From the NCBI RefSeq assembly GCF_009914755.1, contig NC_060930.1: 64,000 nt of DNA; one strand, written 5' to 3'. Below, piece by piece: positions 1 to 15,117 of this stretch. Position numbers and translations under genes: made by a program. Below the pieces are notes generated by a model. It made no database searches. It saw only the letters and a program-made list of their open reading frames with translations, and was not told the DNA's origin. This DNA is from the human T2T-CHM13v2.0 reference genome, Homo sapiens. The stretch's first letter is position 1. Each line of letters starts with the position of its first letter.

Positions 1-24
1 CTATGTCATAGCACTGACAGAGGG

Positions 25-215
25 GGAAATTTACAAGATAAACATTAACAGTAAAGTTCTAGGCTTGGCTTAAAAACCAAGCTACATGAGTACAGTTTGG
101 AGAGGAGGGTGAAGAGGACAGCTGGCTTATTACCAGTTTATATAGGAAAAACTTCAGGGATCTTAGTTTTCCACAAGTACAATATGAGCCAACAGTACAA
201 TCTGCTTCTGGAAAG
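25..215 (+). mobile_element. L3/CR1 LINE fossil (ORF2 3' region)
   Basis: aaagttctaggcttggcttaaaaaccaagctacatgagtacag ... gggatcttagttttccacaagtacaatatgagccaacagt resembles the CR1 RT C-terminal KVLHLG..N..H.Y.LG...DLGVLV..KLNMSQQC segment. Confidence 0.55.
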
Positions 216-1062
216 GGTGACTTGGGGGATGGCCCAAACTGAGGATTTCAAACCACACCAGGAGCGTTCTGTCCAGTGGGATTCCTTGGTAACTCAATGT
301 GAGACCAGAAGACCAGTGAGCAGAGTGGTGAGGTGGCAGTTTCCTTTGGTGAAGAGTTTTAGGGTTAAAATAACAATATTTAAAAGACTATTATGACTAT
401 TTGGACTTACAGAAAAGTTGCAGAGATAGCACAGAGTTCCCTTTATACCCAGTATACAGATCCACTTTGCCCATCCATTACTGGAGACATCCAATTGCTA
501 AACCAACCTTGCCTCAAGACAGCACCCAGTCCCTAGTTAGTCCTTATTTTTCCTAGTTTTCCCCAAGAAACAGCAACCAATGTAGACCTTGTCCCTGCTT
601 CCCTTAGATACTCCTCAGACTCTTTCACAGAAGACAAACTTTTGAAAAGATGCTTCCCTCCTCCTACCTGCTGAGTAGCATTCTGTGTTTGCCTGGGAGT
701 GCCCTCCCTTGCTGCATCTACATCGATAAATCTGAGTTTGTCAGAGTACAGGCTTGCCTCCAGTGGTCTTTGCCAGATCAGACTTTAATAACTTATATAA
801 GTAGGAGGTCTGGTAGACTCTGCTATACTTTTTATAGATTTAAAGTTGACTTTGTGCATGAATGTACTGAATAGCCTATTTGATGCGATTTTGAAGGCAA
901 TGGATGAGCAGCCCTCTGGTGTGTCTGAAGTGGTGGTGAGGTTGGTAAAGATGGACCAGGGTTTTGCCATACTAGATTAAAATTTTTATATACAGTGTCT
1001 ATTTTGTTAATGGACAATTAGAGATGGCAACAACACTAGTAAACCCCCTCGGTTTTGGTAAA

Positions 1063-1250
1063 TGCCATTTATTGAATTCACAGGATGTACTAGACAGTGT
1101 GCCAAGTGCTTCCAGACATTATTTCATTTTATCCTCACAACACTTCCAATTTTTAAACAGGGAATGTGTGGTTCTGAGAAGTCAAGTTACTTTTCTAAGA
1201 TGGAAAGTAGCAAGGTAGGATTTGAACTCAGGGCTCTCTGATTCTGTCTT
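1063..1250 (-). mobile_element. MIR SINE
   Basis: catttattga...gtgccaagtgct...attatttcattttatcctcacaac...ggatttgaactcagg MIR motifs. Confidence 0.7.
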
Positions 1251-1401
1251 CTTAGCTACTGTTGAGTTGTTTCTTTACAGATTTTCAGGAACCCAGAAAT
1301 TGTGAGTTTCCACCCAACCCCCTGTCCCCTGCCCCAGTTAAGTTTCAGAAAAATCTTTTATCTTTTGTTCATTGTAAAATGTATCTCCAGTAGAAGGGGT
1401 A

Positions 1402-1783
1402 TGATATGGTTTGGCTCTGTGTCCCCAGTCAAATTTCATCCTGAATCGTACTCCCATAATTCCCACGTGTTACGGGAGGAACCCAGTGGGAGATGATTGA
1501 ATGATGGAGGCGGGTCTTTCCTGAGCTGTTCTCGTGATAGTAAATTAGTTTCAGGAGAGCTGATGGTTAAAAAAAAAGAAAAAAAAAGGGGGAGTTACCT
1601 TACACAAGCTTTCTTTGCCTGCCGCCATCCACTTAAGATGTGACTTGCTCCTCCTTGCCTTCTGCCATGATTGTGAGGCCTCCCCAGCCATGTGGAACTG
1701 TAAGTCCAATAAAATCTTTTTCTTTTGTAACTTGCCTAATGTCGGATATGTCTTTATTAGCAGTGTGAAAACGGATTAATACA
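1402..1783 (+). mobile_element. THE1 (MaLR) solo LTR
   Basis: Starts tgatatggtttggctctgtgtcccc, ends aaaacggattaataca; 5-bp TSD gggta/gggca. Confidence 0.93.
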
Positions 1784-2899
1784 GGGCATCTGGCTTTTCT
1801 GGCTTTTGCCTGCACTGACGGAGACGTGGCAGCCATTGCCTCTGGTCTCTGATTCTGGTTTTGGCTTTCTATGATCTTCTCTGCTGTCTTTGTGGGGACC
1901 AGAGTCATGAAAATAATTAACCCTCACCAAGGTGACCTAATATCCCTTTCAAATTTTAAACTAATGTGTGTATTTAACATTACTACAACTTTTAATGAAG
2001 TCTTCTAAATACTCACTACCTTATTGTAAATCTCTTGCTTAATTAGGAGAACCCAATGGAAGATTCTGATACTCTGACTTTGGTTTTTTGTTCTTTATAA
2101 GGACCTTGAGCTTCTAGGCCTCTCAGCTTGGTAGAGTTTGATTGGGACAGAGTACAAGTTGCTTCTAATGCAATTTATGTGGTTGTGGCCCAGTGAAATA
2201 GTTCTTTTAATGTTTGGGAAACACTCAAAGGGAACTAAAACTTTCTTTTCCCTAGGAACCCTTCAGTGAATATGCTATTTCAATAGGCCAGCTAATAATT
2301 CTCTGAGAACTGGGGACTCACATGGGTCCTTGCCCACTTCTCTTTCCTAAAGAACCTCAGGAGCAAGTATTTACCACAAATGTGACCACTAGTGGGGCCC
2401 CCGAGAATACCCAGCCTCTCTAAGGTTTTGGTTCAGGTCACCTTGTTCTTTGCAAAGTCTTTTGCTAGTGACAAAGTGTCTGTTAACCTAGTCTCTCTAT
2501 TGCAGTTAAGTGATAGCTTAGCCACTGAAAAAATTACTCCCTTGAGTAGAAATGGAAGAATGTTTCTATTTGGTAAGCAGAAAAGTTGGAGGGTGGGAAA
2601 CTATAACTGTAAGAGGCTGGAAATGGGAGTTGGGAAATATTTGACAGCATTTACATGGCAATCTTGGATATTGGGATGGCTTCATAGGGGGTATGCAATA
2701 GAAAAATGTAATATTTATTATAAATGTGTTTGGAACAATAAATGCTTTATAGAGAAAAATCCTAGTCTTGGCAGGAAGTTGTACTCCCTGACCTAAAAGG
2801 CCTTTTCCATATTGAATTAATCTGATTAAATCAAGGTTTGTGAGTCATGAGGAAATGTATATAAAGACTACAGCTGTGACAGAAGGACAAAAGATGTAT

Positions 2900-3100
2900 T
2901 CCTTAGTGGAAAGCAGCAGGGCTCAGTAAAAAACAAACAACACACACACACACGATTTGAAATCAGAAAAATCTAAAATCAAATCCCTACTTTGTTACTC
3001 TCTGTGTAATGTCAGGCAATTTATATAGCCTCCGATTTTCTTGTCTGTAAAAGTGAGATAACAATACTCATCTTACAGGATTACATAAAAGAACTTAAGT
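2900..3100 (+). mobile_element. MIR SINE, with a short (CA)n near 2940
   Basis: aaatccctactttgttactctctgtgtaatgtcaggcaat...ttcttgtctgtaaaagtgagataacaatactcatcttacaggatt MIR core. Confidence 0.65.
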
Positions 3101-4014
3101 AGAGAGTGGATTAAAAAATGATAATTCTAATCATTGTTATGTAGTCCCTATAAATAGGATGGAGTCCCAAATCAAAGAACAGGCAAATGCGAACAGAAAA
3201 ATTTAACTATGGAACCAAGAATTGCTTTAAAATTTAAAGCACTTTAAAATTCATATTAAAGTGAGCTGAATAGTAGTTTAAAGTATAAAAAGCTGGTTTG
3301 GGAGAAATGAAAGGAGAACAGTTATCAGCCCCTGAAAAGGGTGAGGGCTCCACACTGGCCCTAGAAAGCAGCCCAAGCCTCCAAAGGGCTGTTTGGCCTC
3401 ACCGGTTGGCAAAAGGGAACACCTGAAAGGATGAGTGGGAAGTTCACTAGTGCACCTGGCTCTATAAACTCCGATTTCCTTTCTCAGACATTTTAAGAGT
3501 GTGGCAAGCAGAGCTTCTCTTTGGCTAACAGGAAGTCTTGCAAGAGTATTCTTAGAGTCCAATTAGGGCATTTGTTTCCACTTACAATTAGGCAGTATTT
3601 GCTCAACTGTCGGCAAATAATGAGGGATCTAAGAGCTCAGATAGTGGTTGCAATATAGTTTAACTCTTTCATAAAGATCTTCATGATGTTGCATTAGGTG
3701 CTTAGGTGATATTTGGTCAGCCTACAGTATGGCCAGGTTCACCTGGAATGACAACTCTCGTGAGCCTATTTCATTATAGATTCATTTTCCTTTTGCTTTA
3801 TATTAAGATATAAATTCCCCATTCGTGTAAAAAGCATCTTCACTGTCTCCAGGCCCAGGGACTTAGTCATTTGTCTCTAATTATCCTCAAAATACACCTC
3901 AAGTCCTCAAGTGTCACTATGAAGGTTTCTCTCCTCCTCACTGATCTTTGCTTCCTTTGGACCACGTAAGTTAGCACAGTTGCTAGCTGTTGCATTTGGA
4001 TTTTTTTTTCTTCC

Positions 4015-4120
4015 TCACTAGGTTGTAAATCTGAGAGCTGGGCTTATATCTCTTACTTTTTTGTATTTCCTGTGGTATCTATCATTGGAGGTGCTCAGTA
4101 GATAATTATTGATTAAATGA
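4015..4120 (+). mobile_element. L2 3' end
   Basis: ctaggttgtaaatctgag...gtgctcagtagataattattgattaaatga, typical L2 tail. Confidence 0.55.
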
Positions 4121-4461
4121 TTTTTAACGCACATGTTAAAATTATAATATGTTGAAGCAAAATAAAGTTATTTGTAGACTAAGCACAAGAACATGCAAAG
4201 ACAGCATAAAAATAGCAATTCCCTTTTTATTTAATGTGCTTGGCTTTAAAAGGAATTGGTTTTTGATTAGCCAAGCACAAAAATGATCTGGTTTTTGTCT
4301 TTTCATAGTTCCTTTAAGTCTTCACCAGAGATGGTCTTATTCTGGGGGTGTGCTGTAGGATAAGCTCCTGGCCTTGTTTTTATTCAAATGACATTATTGC
4401 ATGATTCAATAAGCACCGTTGATTGCTTTGAAAGAAAGCACTTGCTGACTTGACTGCATTA

Positions 4462-4480
4462 CATCCACTAGATGGCAGGC
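4462..4480 (+). promoter_or_regulatory. Candidate CTCF binding site
   Basis: CCACTAGATGGCAG (4465-4478) fits the CTCF core CCASYAGRKGGCRS exactly, in non-repeat sequence; motif only, binding not shown. Confidence 0.5.
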
Positions 4481-5720
4481 AACTGTTAAAGAAAGAAAAG
4501 GGAGAACCTGAATTATGATTTATTTTTTTTTTTTGGCGGGGGTGGGGGTGGTGATGGGTATATTTCCACTGACCTGTCTCAGTCAACAGGCCTTGCCAAT
4601 AACTCCTTAATTTCTGTAAAGTTCTTCAGCTTTAGCTTTCCAGAGATTTTAAAAGTGATTGCAAAACATTCCGTAAAATATACCAGCCAGATATTTTTCC
4701 ACTACCACACTGAACCCTATACTGACCTTTTCTTCCCCCTAATTTTCTTAAACTATAAATAGTGTCCTGACCTAACATGGGAATTAAAATAAACTACAAT
4801 GAGGAAAAATGTATTTTTTCAGAGAAATGGAGAAACCACACAAGTTTTTATGTATATGAAACCTGCAGTTTAAAATTTCAGAATTATTTTTTTTTTTAAT
4901 ACAATGATGTGAAATACAGTTTTGCCTACAGGTGTGTAAGTGCTCTTTGAGAGAGCTTGGTGAACACTGTATCATATATGCCGGTGCTTCCACTTGACAC
5001 TCCTGTCAGTGTTTGAGATGATTGCAACGCCTCTCAGCAAATCTCTATTCTACTCCAGTGCGCTCACTTCCCAAAGTAGTCAGATGCTACTTTTTGTGCA
5101 GCTTCAGCGGTTGCTAGGCTTCCTCTGCCCTAGTTATGAGCATTTTCTTATTTTCTGCTACATTTTTCGTATGTGGTTGTTCCTCCAGGTATGCTAATAA
5201 GATTCACAGATGAAATGGATGGTAAAATGAATGAGATTAATTCAACTGTGCTGGTTCCCATACCTTCTTTAGAATCACTTATTTCCCTATCACTATGAAT
5301 GAGATGAGGTGAACACTGACCAATTAACTTATGGTGTTCAGAATTATAACTTGGAATTTATATATGTTACATTAAAAAAACTAAACAATATTGCATACGG
5401 GCTTATTAAAAGCTTTATATTTGCTGCCTTCAACATTTGTATCCTTATTTGGTTTAGTTTATTGAAAATGAGGCTCTAGCAAGAACTCTGAAATTTTGAA
5501 ATGTGAGAGTTAGGAAATTTTGACAGAATTACTAAACTCTCCTCATTAGTCAGATTTGAATATCATGAGGACAAATGAACAACACCTGCATCTCACACCT
5601 GTGACTCCAGGATCCTTGCTGGCTGACTGTTGAGAGAGAAATGAGAAGTGAAGTGCCTGGGGTCGAAGGAGCTGCTTGCCAGTGTGCAGCACCAAAACTC
5701 TAGCCATTCTCAGATGTTAA

Positions 5721-6023
<303 letters not shown>

Positions 6024-6117
6024 TGTTAAGGATTTTTAATGGATGTCTAGAAATGAAAGCTCAGGATCTCTGAATTGGGCTATTCATACCCTCCCGTGTA
6101 CATTAAAAAATACTATT

Positions 6118-7817
6118 GGAAAAGTGGCAAGATGGCTGAATAGGAACAGCTCCAGTCTGCAGCTCCCAGCGAGATCAATGAAGAAGGCAGGTGATTTCTG
6201 CATTTCCAACTGAGGTACCCGGTTCATCTGATTGGGACTGGTTAGACAGTGGGTGCAGCCCACGGAAGGCAAGCAGAAGCAGGGTGGGGTGTCACCTCAC
6301 CTGGGAAGTCCAAGAGGTCAGGGAACTCCTTACCCTAGCCAGGGGAAGCTGTGATGGATTGTGCTATCCAGCCCAGATACTATGCTTTTCCCATGGTCTT
6401 TGCAACCTGCAGACCAGGAGATTCCCTTGGGTGCCTACACCACCAGGGCCCTGGGTTTCAGGCACAAAATTGGGCCGCCATTTGGGCAGACACTGAGCTA
6501 GCTGCAGGAGTTTTTTTCATACCCCAGTGGTGCCTGGAATGCCAGCGAGATAGAACCATTCACTCTCCTGGAAAAGGGGCTGAAGCCAGCGAGCCAGTGG
6601 TCTTGTTCAGCGGATCCTACCCCCATGGAGCCCAGCAAGCTATGATCCACTGGCTTGAAATTCTCTCTGCAAGCACAGCAGTCTGAAGTTGACCTGGGAT
6701 GCTCAAGCTTGGTACGGGGAGGGGTGTCGGCCATTACGGAGGCTTGAATAAGCGGTTTTCCCCTCAGTGTTAAAGCCACCAGGAAGTTCACACGGGGCAG
6801 AGCCCACCACAGCACAGCAAAGCCGCTATAGCCAGACTACCTCTCTAGATTTCTCCTCTTTGGGAAAGGCATCTCTAAAAGAAAGGCAGCAGCCCCAGTC
6901 AGGGGCCTATAGATAAAACTCCCATCTCCCTGGGACAGAGCACCTGGGGAAAGGGGCGGCCGTGGGCGCAGCTTCAGCAGACTTAAACGTTCTTGCCAGC
7001 TGGCTCTGAAAAGAGCAGTGGATCTCCCAACATAGCACTTGAGCTCTGCTGAGGGACAGACTGCCTGCTCAAGTGGGTCCCTGACCCCTGTGCCTCCTGA
7101 CTGGGAGACACCTCCCAGCAGGGGTCAACAGACACCTCATACAGGACAACTCCGGCTGGCATCTGGTGGGTGCCCCTCTGGGACGAAGCTTCCAGAGGAA
7201 GAAGCAGGCAGCAACCTTTGCTTTCTGCAGCCTCCGCTGGTGATACCGAGGAAAACAGGGTCTGTAGTGGACCTCCAGCAAACTCCAGCACACCTGCAGA
7301 AGAAGGGCATGACTGTTAGAAGGAAAACTAGCAAACAGAAAGCAATAACATCAACATCAACAAAAAGGAGGACCACGCAAAAACCCCATCCAAAGGTCAA
7401 CAACATCAAAACCCAAAGGTAGATAAATCCACGAAGATGAGGAAAAAGCAGCACAAAAAGGCTGAAAATATAAAAAACCAGAATGCCTCTTCTCTTCCAA
7501 AGGATCACAACTCCTCACTAGCAAAGGAACAAAACTGGACAGAGAATGAGTTTGACGAATTGAGAGAAGTAGGCTTCAGAAAGTGGGTAATAACAAACAT
7601 TTATGCGGCCAATGAACATATGAAAAAAAGCTAATCATCACTGGTCATTAGAGGAATGCAAATCAAGACCACAATGAGATACCATCTCATGCCAGTTAGA
7701 ATGGCGATCATTAAAAAGTCAGGAAACAACAGATGCTGGAGAGGATGTGGAAAAATAGGAACACTATTACACTGTTGGTGGGAGTGTAAATTAGTTCAAC
7801 CATTGTGGAAGACAGCG
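6118..7817 (+). mobile_element. L1PA7/8-like: 5'UTR and ORF1 start fused to late ORF2 (large internal deletion, no 3' end)
   Basis: caagatggctgaataggaacagctcc 5' end; ORF1 start MRKKQHKK at 7437; jump at about 7597 into ORF2 acatttatgcggcc...cattgtggaagacag. Confidence 0.9.
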
Positions 7818-7898
7818 TATGTATGATCACCTTACTTAGTAGCCCACTTTTGGCCTGGCTTATTCTTGTACTTCCTGCTCATATTTGAGAGTAAATAA

Positions 7899-8252
<354 letters not shown>

Positions 8253-8332
8253 TACTACCTGATTTTTCTTGCCAGCTCATCAGAAATTCTCAACATTGTG
8301 CACTGTGGATAACTGGTTTTTTCTTCCTTCTT

Positions 8333-9400
8333 TTATTTTTAATGGCTTTATTGAAGTAGAATTGACATCCAAAAACTGCACATTTAGATTATACATTTCG
8401 ATTTCGATAATGTTTGACATATGTATATACCTGTGAAACTAACATCACAATCAAGATAATGAACATATCCATCACTCTCAAAAGTAATCCCTCTTCTTCT
8501 CTCCCTACCTGCAGGCAACACTGATCTGCTTTCTGTTGCAATAGATTATTTTATGTTTTCCAGGATTGTATATGAATAGATAACACATATAGTGTGTTAT
8601 CTTTTACTCTTCTATTTTGGCCTGGCTTCTTGGAGAGTCAAAAAGATTCTTCTGATTGTTTCTGAGTGGTATTTTGTTGTATGGACATTTCGTAATTTGT
8701 TTACCCATCTGTTTATCACCATTTGTGTTTTTTTCCAGTTTTCAGTTATTACAAATAAAGTCTCTACGGACATTTTTGCATCTGCCTTTTCATGGAAAGA
8801 TGCTTTCATTTCTTTGGGGTAAATACCTAGGAGTGGACTGACTAGATTGTACTGGAGATTTATGTGTAACTTTTAAGAAATGATCAAAGTTATAGTTTTC
8901 CAAGGTATTGTACCAGTTTGCATTCTTATCAGAAGTGTATGAGAGTTCTAGTTGCTCTATATCCTTGTCAACACTTGGACCAGTCAATCTTTTCAAAAGT
9001 TTTAGGCATTGTAATAAATGTGTAGTGATTTTATTTGTAGTTTAAATGTGCATTTCCCTAACAACTAATGATGTGAACATCTTTTGGTGTGCCTATTTGT
9101 AATGCATATATTATCTTTGGTGAAATGTCTGTTCAAATTGCCCATCTTTTATTGGATTGTTAGTTTTCTTGTTAGTGAGTTTTGAGAATTAAAAAATATA
9201 TATATTTACAACACAAGCATTTAATCAGATATACGATATGAAAATATTTCTCCTAGTTTGTGGCTCTTCTTGTCATTTCTTTTGAAAGCATAATGTCTTT
9301 TGAAAGCAGAGTTCTTAATTTTGATAAAGTTTAACATAAAATTTTTCTTATATGAATCATGATTTTGTTATTGTATCAAAGAAATCTTTCTCTAACCTGA
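8333..9400 (-). mobile_element. L1MC-type 3' fragment
   Basis: ttttaatggctttattgaagtagaattgac...acaatcaagataatgaacatatccatcac; ORF2 C-terminal-like ORFs on minus strand. Confidence 0.8.
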
Positions 9401-9995
9401 ATGAGTAATTGATTTTTAACCAAGAGTGACTAGGGTGAATTTAAATGAAATAAAAACTGATATTAGAAAATTGGGACATCTAGTTATACCAGTCTATATA
9501 TGTATTATTTTTATTTTGGTATCAATTAAACTTCTGGAAGTGTTCAGGAGTTACTAATACATGATTTCTATTTTCAACATATAACATGACTGATTCTCAC
9601 TTATTTAAAACACAACTTGTATCAAAGTTCCTTAATTAAAGGCATGACTATAAATGGCCTGCCAGATTTTGAACGCAAAACAAGTGGAAAGAACCTTCCT
9701 GATAACTCTCTTCCCAGCCTAATTACCAATTTCTATAAGTCCCATGTAGACTCAAACTGAGCCTCTGATACTTGCTTGAATTCATTCACTCCTCTCCATT
9801 TCTTCAGGCACTTCCCTAGTAATCATCATCTTTTGCTGAACAGTTGTCTAACTGCTCTCTTCTTCCAGGATGGTGCCTCCAACTTATTCTCTATTCAGAT
9901 GCCAGAATTATCATAGCAGCATACAAATGTGAATATGCCATGTCCTTGTTTATAATTCTATGAATTAACCTTTATCTTTAAAATAGATTTTTTTG

Positions 9996-11740
<1,745 letters not shown>

Positions 11741-11774
11741 AATAGAGTCCAAGCTCCAAAACATGGGCCACAAT

Positions 11775-11890
11775 TAGAGTGAGCATGTATCTCAGTTTAA
11801 GCCATTATTATTCCAGTGTGTTTATAAATAGCAACTGCACTGTAGTTCCAAAGTGTCCTTGTTTGGTTAATAATTTATATGGTCACTCTA
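11775..11890 (+). mobile_element. MER94 (hAT-Blackjack MITE)
   Basis: TIRs tagagtgagcat / atatggtcactcta; internal aaagtgtccttgtttgg. Confidence 0.7.
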
Positions 11891-13377
11891 CTTATGAGAC
11901 CTCACTCCACTGCACTTCAGTTATACCAATTTCCTTTTAGTTCCCTTTATTCATGTGGTATCATTCACCACTAAGCCTTCATGTGCTCTGTTCTTTCTAC
12001 CTGCAAAACACCCTTTTGGTGGCTAGTTATGATTTTTTCAATTTACCTTTCAAATGTCAGCCTGCATTGAACTACTTTTATAAAGCTTCACCTGATGTTC
12101 CATATGCTTGTATTCTTTTACTTGTCTATGTACCCCCACTAGACTTAAGTTTTTAGAGGGTAGAGGAATCTATGCTTCCTTCTTTAATATATTCAGCACT
12201 TAGGGCAAGTAGCTGTTATACAAAGAGTTTGATCAGTAAATATTTGTTTATTAGGACTTTGAGGCAATAAGAGGCACCTTTTTATGCTGGAATCACTCAG
12301 AAAACTCTGATCTTGAGCAAAAAAACTGACAGCACCCATTATGGTCTAAGCAAGTGAGTTGCTTATATAAAAATATAAAAACCCTCCAAGGATTGTATAA
12401 AATTCTTTGGTGAGAAATGCCCAAGTGTGAGATTCAGGTGTTTTACAACATTCTTTCTGTGTATTTTTCTTGCCTTGTGGCATCTATCATTTTAATTTCC
12501 ACTGTGCTTCTTGACTCTCAGAATTGTGGTTTTTTTGTCTTTGCCCTAAATAAGAAAAAAAAAAAACCTTAACTTCTATTATACTTAGACAAAAAAGGCT
12601 AGAATCATTTTCTAATAGAGAATACAAAGAGCAATGACAACCCAAAGAAAGGGAAAACCAGGAGGGAGGAAATAACAATAACTACGAAAGTTCCAAACCT
12701 CATAAAAATAAGAAAGTCCTCAAAATACAATTTTTAGTTCTAAGTATCCAAGTAAATGTAATTACATAAGCTGGATTGTGCTTCACATTCCCTTATTCCC
12801 TTATTGTAAGATAATGTCTATATTCTAGTCTCAAATAGGCTGTCAAAATTCCTTCTCTGTTCATGTTGAAGCCCCTGGGTTTTATCTTGTTTCCTCACAT
12901 CTGGAAAACATTCAGTTTAGAAATCTTATCCAGTTAAAGGCAAATACCAACTTCCTTAAGTCTTTTCCTTATTCAACGTTCCTCTCTGAGTGTCTTCCTC
13001 TTAGCATGGTTTCTGTTGTAAAGTAAAACCCACGGTATAGTTGCAGATTCCTAGCAAAGGATACCCTGAGGCACCACTGGATTGTCCTAACCTCGGTCAA
13101 GGTTTCTGTTCTGTGCTTTTCTGAAATCTGATGTGCCAGCTCACATTATGAGTCCCTAGCATACATATATATGCTATGCTCTATGCATTACAATATACAG
13201 GAGAGAACCCAGTCCAAGTTTATTATTGCATTTAAAAAATATAATAGTTCTTAGGCCATAATCATTACTTGCATAAAATAAGATTGAAACTAATAATCAC
13301 ACATGACCCACTCTCTTGACTTAAACTCCTTTGAGTTGTTTTGTATGACCTTCAGAGCTTGGTAGGATATTCTAAAA

Positions 13378-13565
13378 TAGTAGATCTCAAAGTATGGTTC
13401 CTGGATCAGCAGCATCACCATCACCTGGGAACTTGCTGGAAATGTAAATTCTCGAGCTTCACGACAGACCTCCTGGATCAGCACTCTGGTTGTGGGACCC
13501 AGATATCTATGTCTTAGCAAGCCCATCAGGTGAGTATGAAAAAATCTAAAATTTGAGAATCACTA
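13378..13565 (+). mobile_element. MER5A (hAT-Charlie MITE)
   Basis: ctcaaagtatggttcctggatcagcagcatcaccatcacctgggaacttgctggaaatg...tttgagaatcacta. Confidence 0.88.
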
Positions 13566-15117
13566 TTTTAGGAGAATCATCTCCAGTCTAGAAAAATATA
13601 TATAGTTGATTGCACTCAACTATCAAGTGCTTTGATAATAGGAAGAACATTAAATAGCAACAAAAGAAACTTCACCTCTTCTAGCAAGTTTCTTGGTGCC
13701 CATTAAAAACAGGATTTAGTAGGAATGGAGTGAGGTGGAAGGAGAAAGATTGCCATCTCTGAACCAGTGAATAAATTAAATTCCCCAATCCTCGTTGTAG
13801 TTGCAGCTAGGAAAAAGAAAAAGAAAAACAACAAACGAAAAACCCTCTTCATAAATCAGAGCAGAAACTATATGTGGGCAGGGTCAGGGTACTTCTTAGA
13901 CTGGAATGTAGAATAGGCTGTGGCCACAGGGTTAGAGAAAGACCTTACTCCACATATGTTGCAAGTTGTGAGTACTAATTCTATCCGTATTTGTCTTTCA
14001 TTTATGTGACTTTTATTTGTGGCTGTGCCTGCCTTACAGCTGCCCTGTGTTCCAGAGAGTAGAGATGAAAATAATTCATGAAAACTTCTGTTTCAGGATT
14101 TCAGCAATGTAGAGCTATGAAATATCCATTTGGTGTTGCTTTTTTTTTTTTCTGTGAATGAGGCATCTAGGTTTCTAAAGGGGAAGATATCCCTATAAAA
14201 CAGCAACAACAAACAACAACAATTCCTGTGTAGCAGCTTTAACCTAACATTTACCTTCAAGTTGTCAATGTTCCTAACATGCTGTTTTCCCATAATTATT
14301 GCAGAGCGCTTGGGCTATAATAAGCCCAGGGAATAGAATTAGCATTATTTCACTTTGCCAAGAACTTTTAATTGGCATTTGCTGATTTATATTTCACATA
14401 GCAGTTAGCTTAAATCTTGCTGTGGTCAAGCAGCTGATGCATGATAGAAACTCCTCAGAGGCAGTAGGGAGCTATCAAAAATGTGCAGTGGGTGTCCTGA
14501 CATAGCCAGTTTGACTTGGCAGGGGAAGGGGAAACAGACAGTTTTTCCACCCTCTGCCTATAGCATCCTGCCATATCCTGTCTGGGATATAGAGTCATTT
14601 TGGCTTTTAAAACTGGTGCCTCATCTGGAAACCAAGTTTTCCTTCATCTGACCACTTATGTTAGAATTTGTGTGAGGAGTCATCTGGCATCCTACATTAT
14701 TGATCTGAATATACTAGGTCCATTCCAACATATGTTGCTGCCATCTACTTTTTCCCCCCCAAGTCTTGGCATTACATTTGGGAATTAGAAAAATGTTAGC
14801 TTGTTCTAAGAACCAATCTTTATGACAGCTATATATGAAAAATGCATCTGGATGACTGTTTTTCACATGTTGCCCTTTGAGCTCCAGACATGTTCTAAGG
14901 GTGTGGCTGGCAACATGTCATGTCTGACACTCAGTAACGGCTTCCTGGGGCTTCTCAGGCTGACTGCATGCCATCCATCTCATTCTAGGATTCTGTCGTT
15001 TTGCTCTCAGAGTGTTTTGTGGGCATCAGATCCAAATTTATCTGCTATTTATGTATATAATTTTTGTTTCTAGATTTCGCTAGTATAGACCAAATGCAGA
15101 GCTAGGACCTGATTTTC

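Noticed and set aside
13524-13537. Consensus donor CAG|GTGAGT in MER5A
   Set aside because: One substitution from the MER5A consensus; no convincing partner acceptor identified
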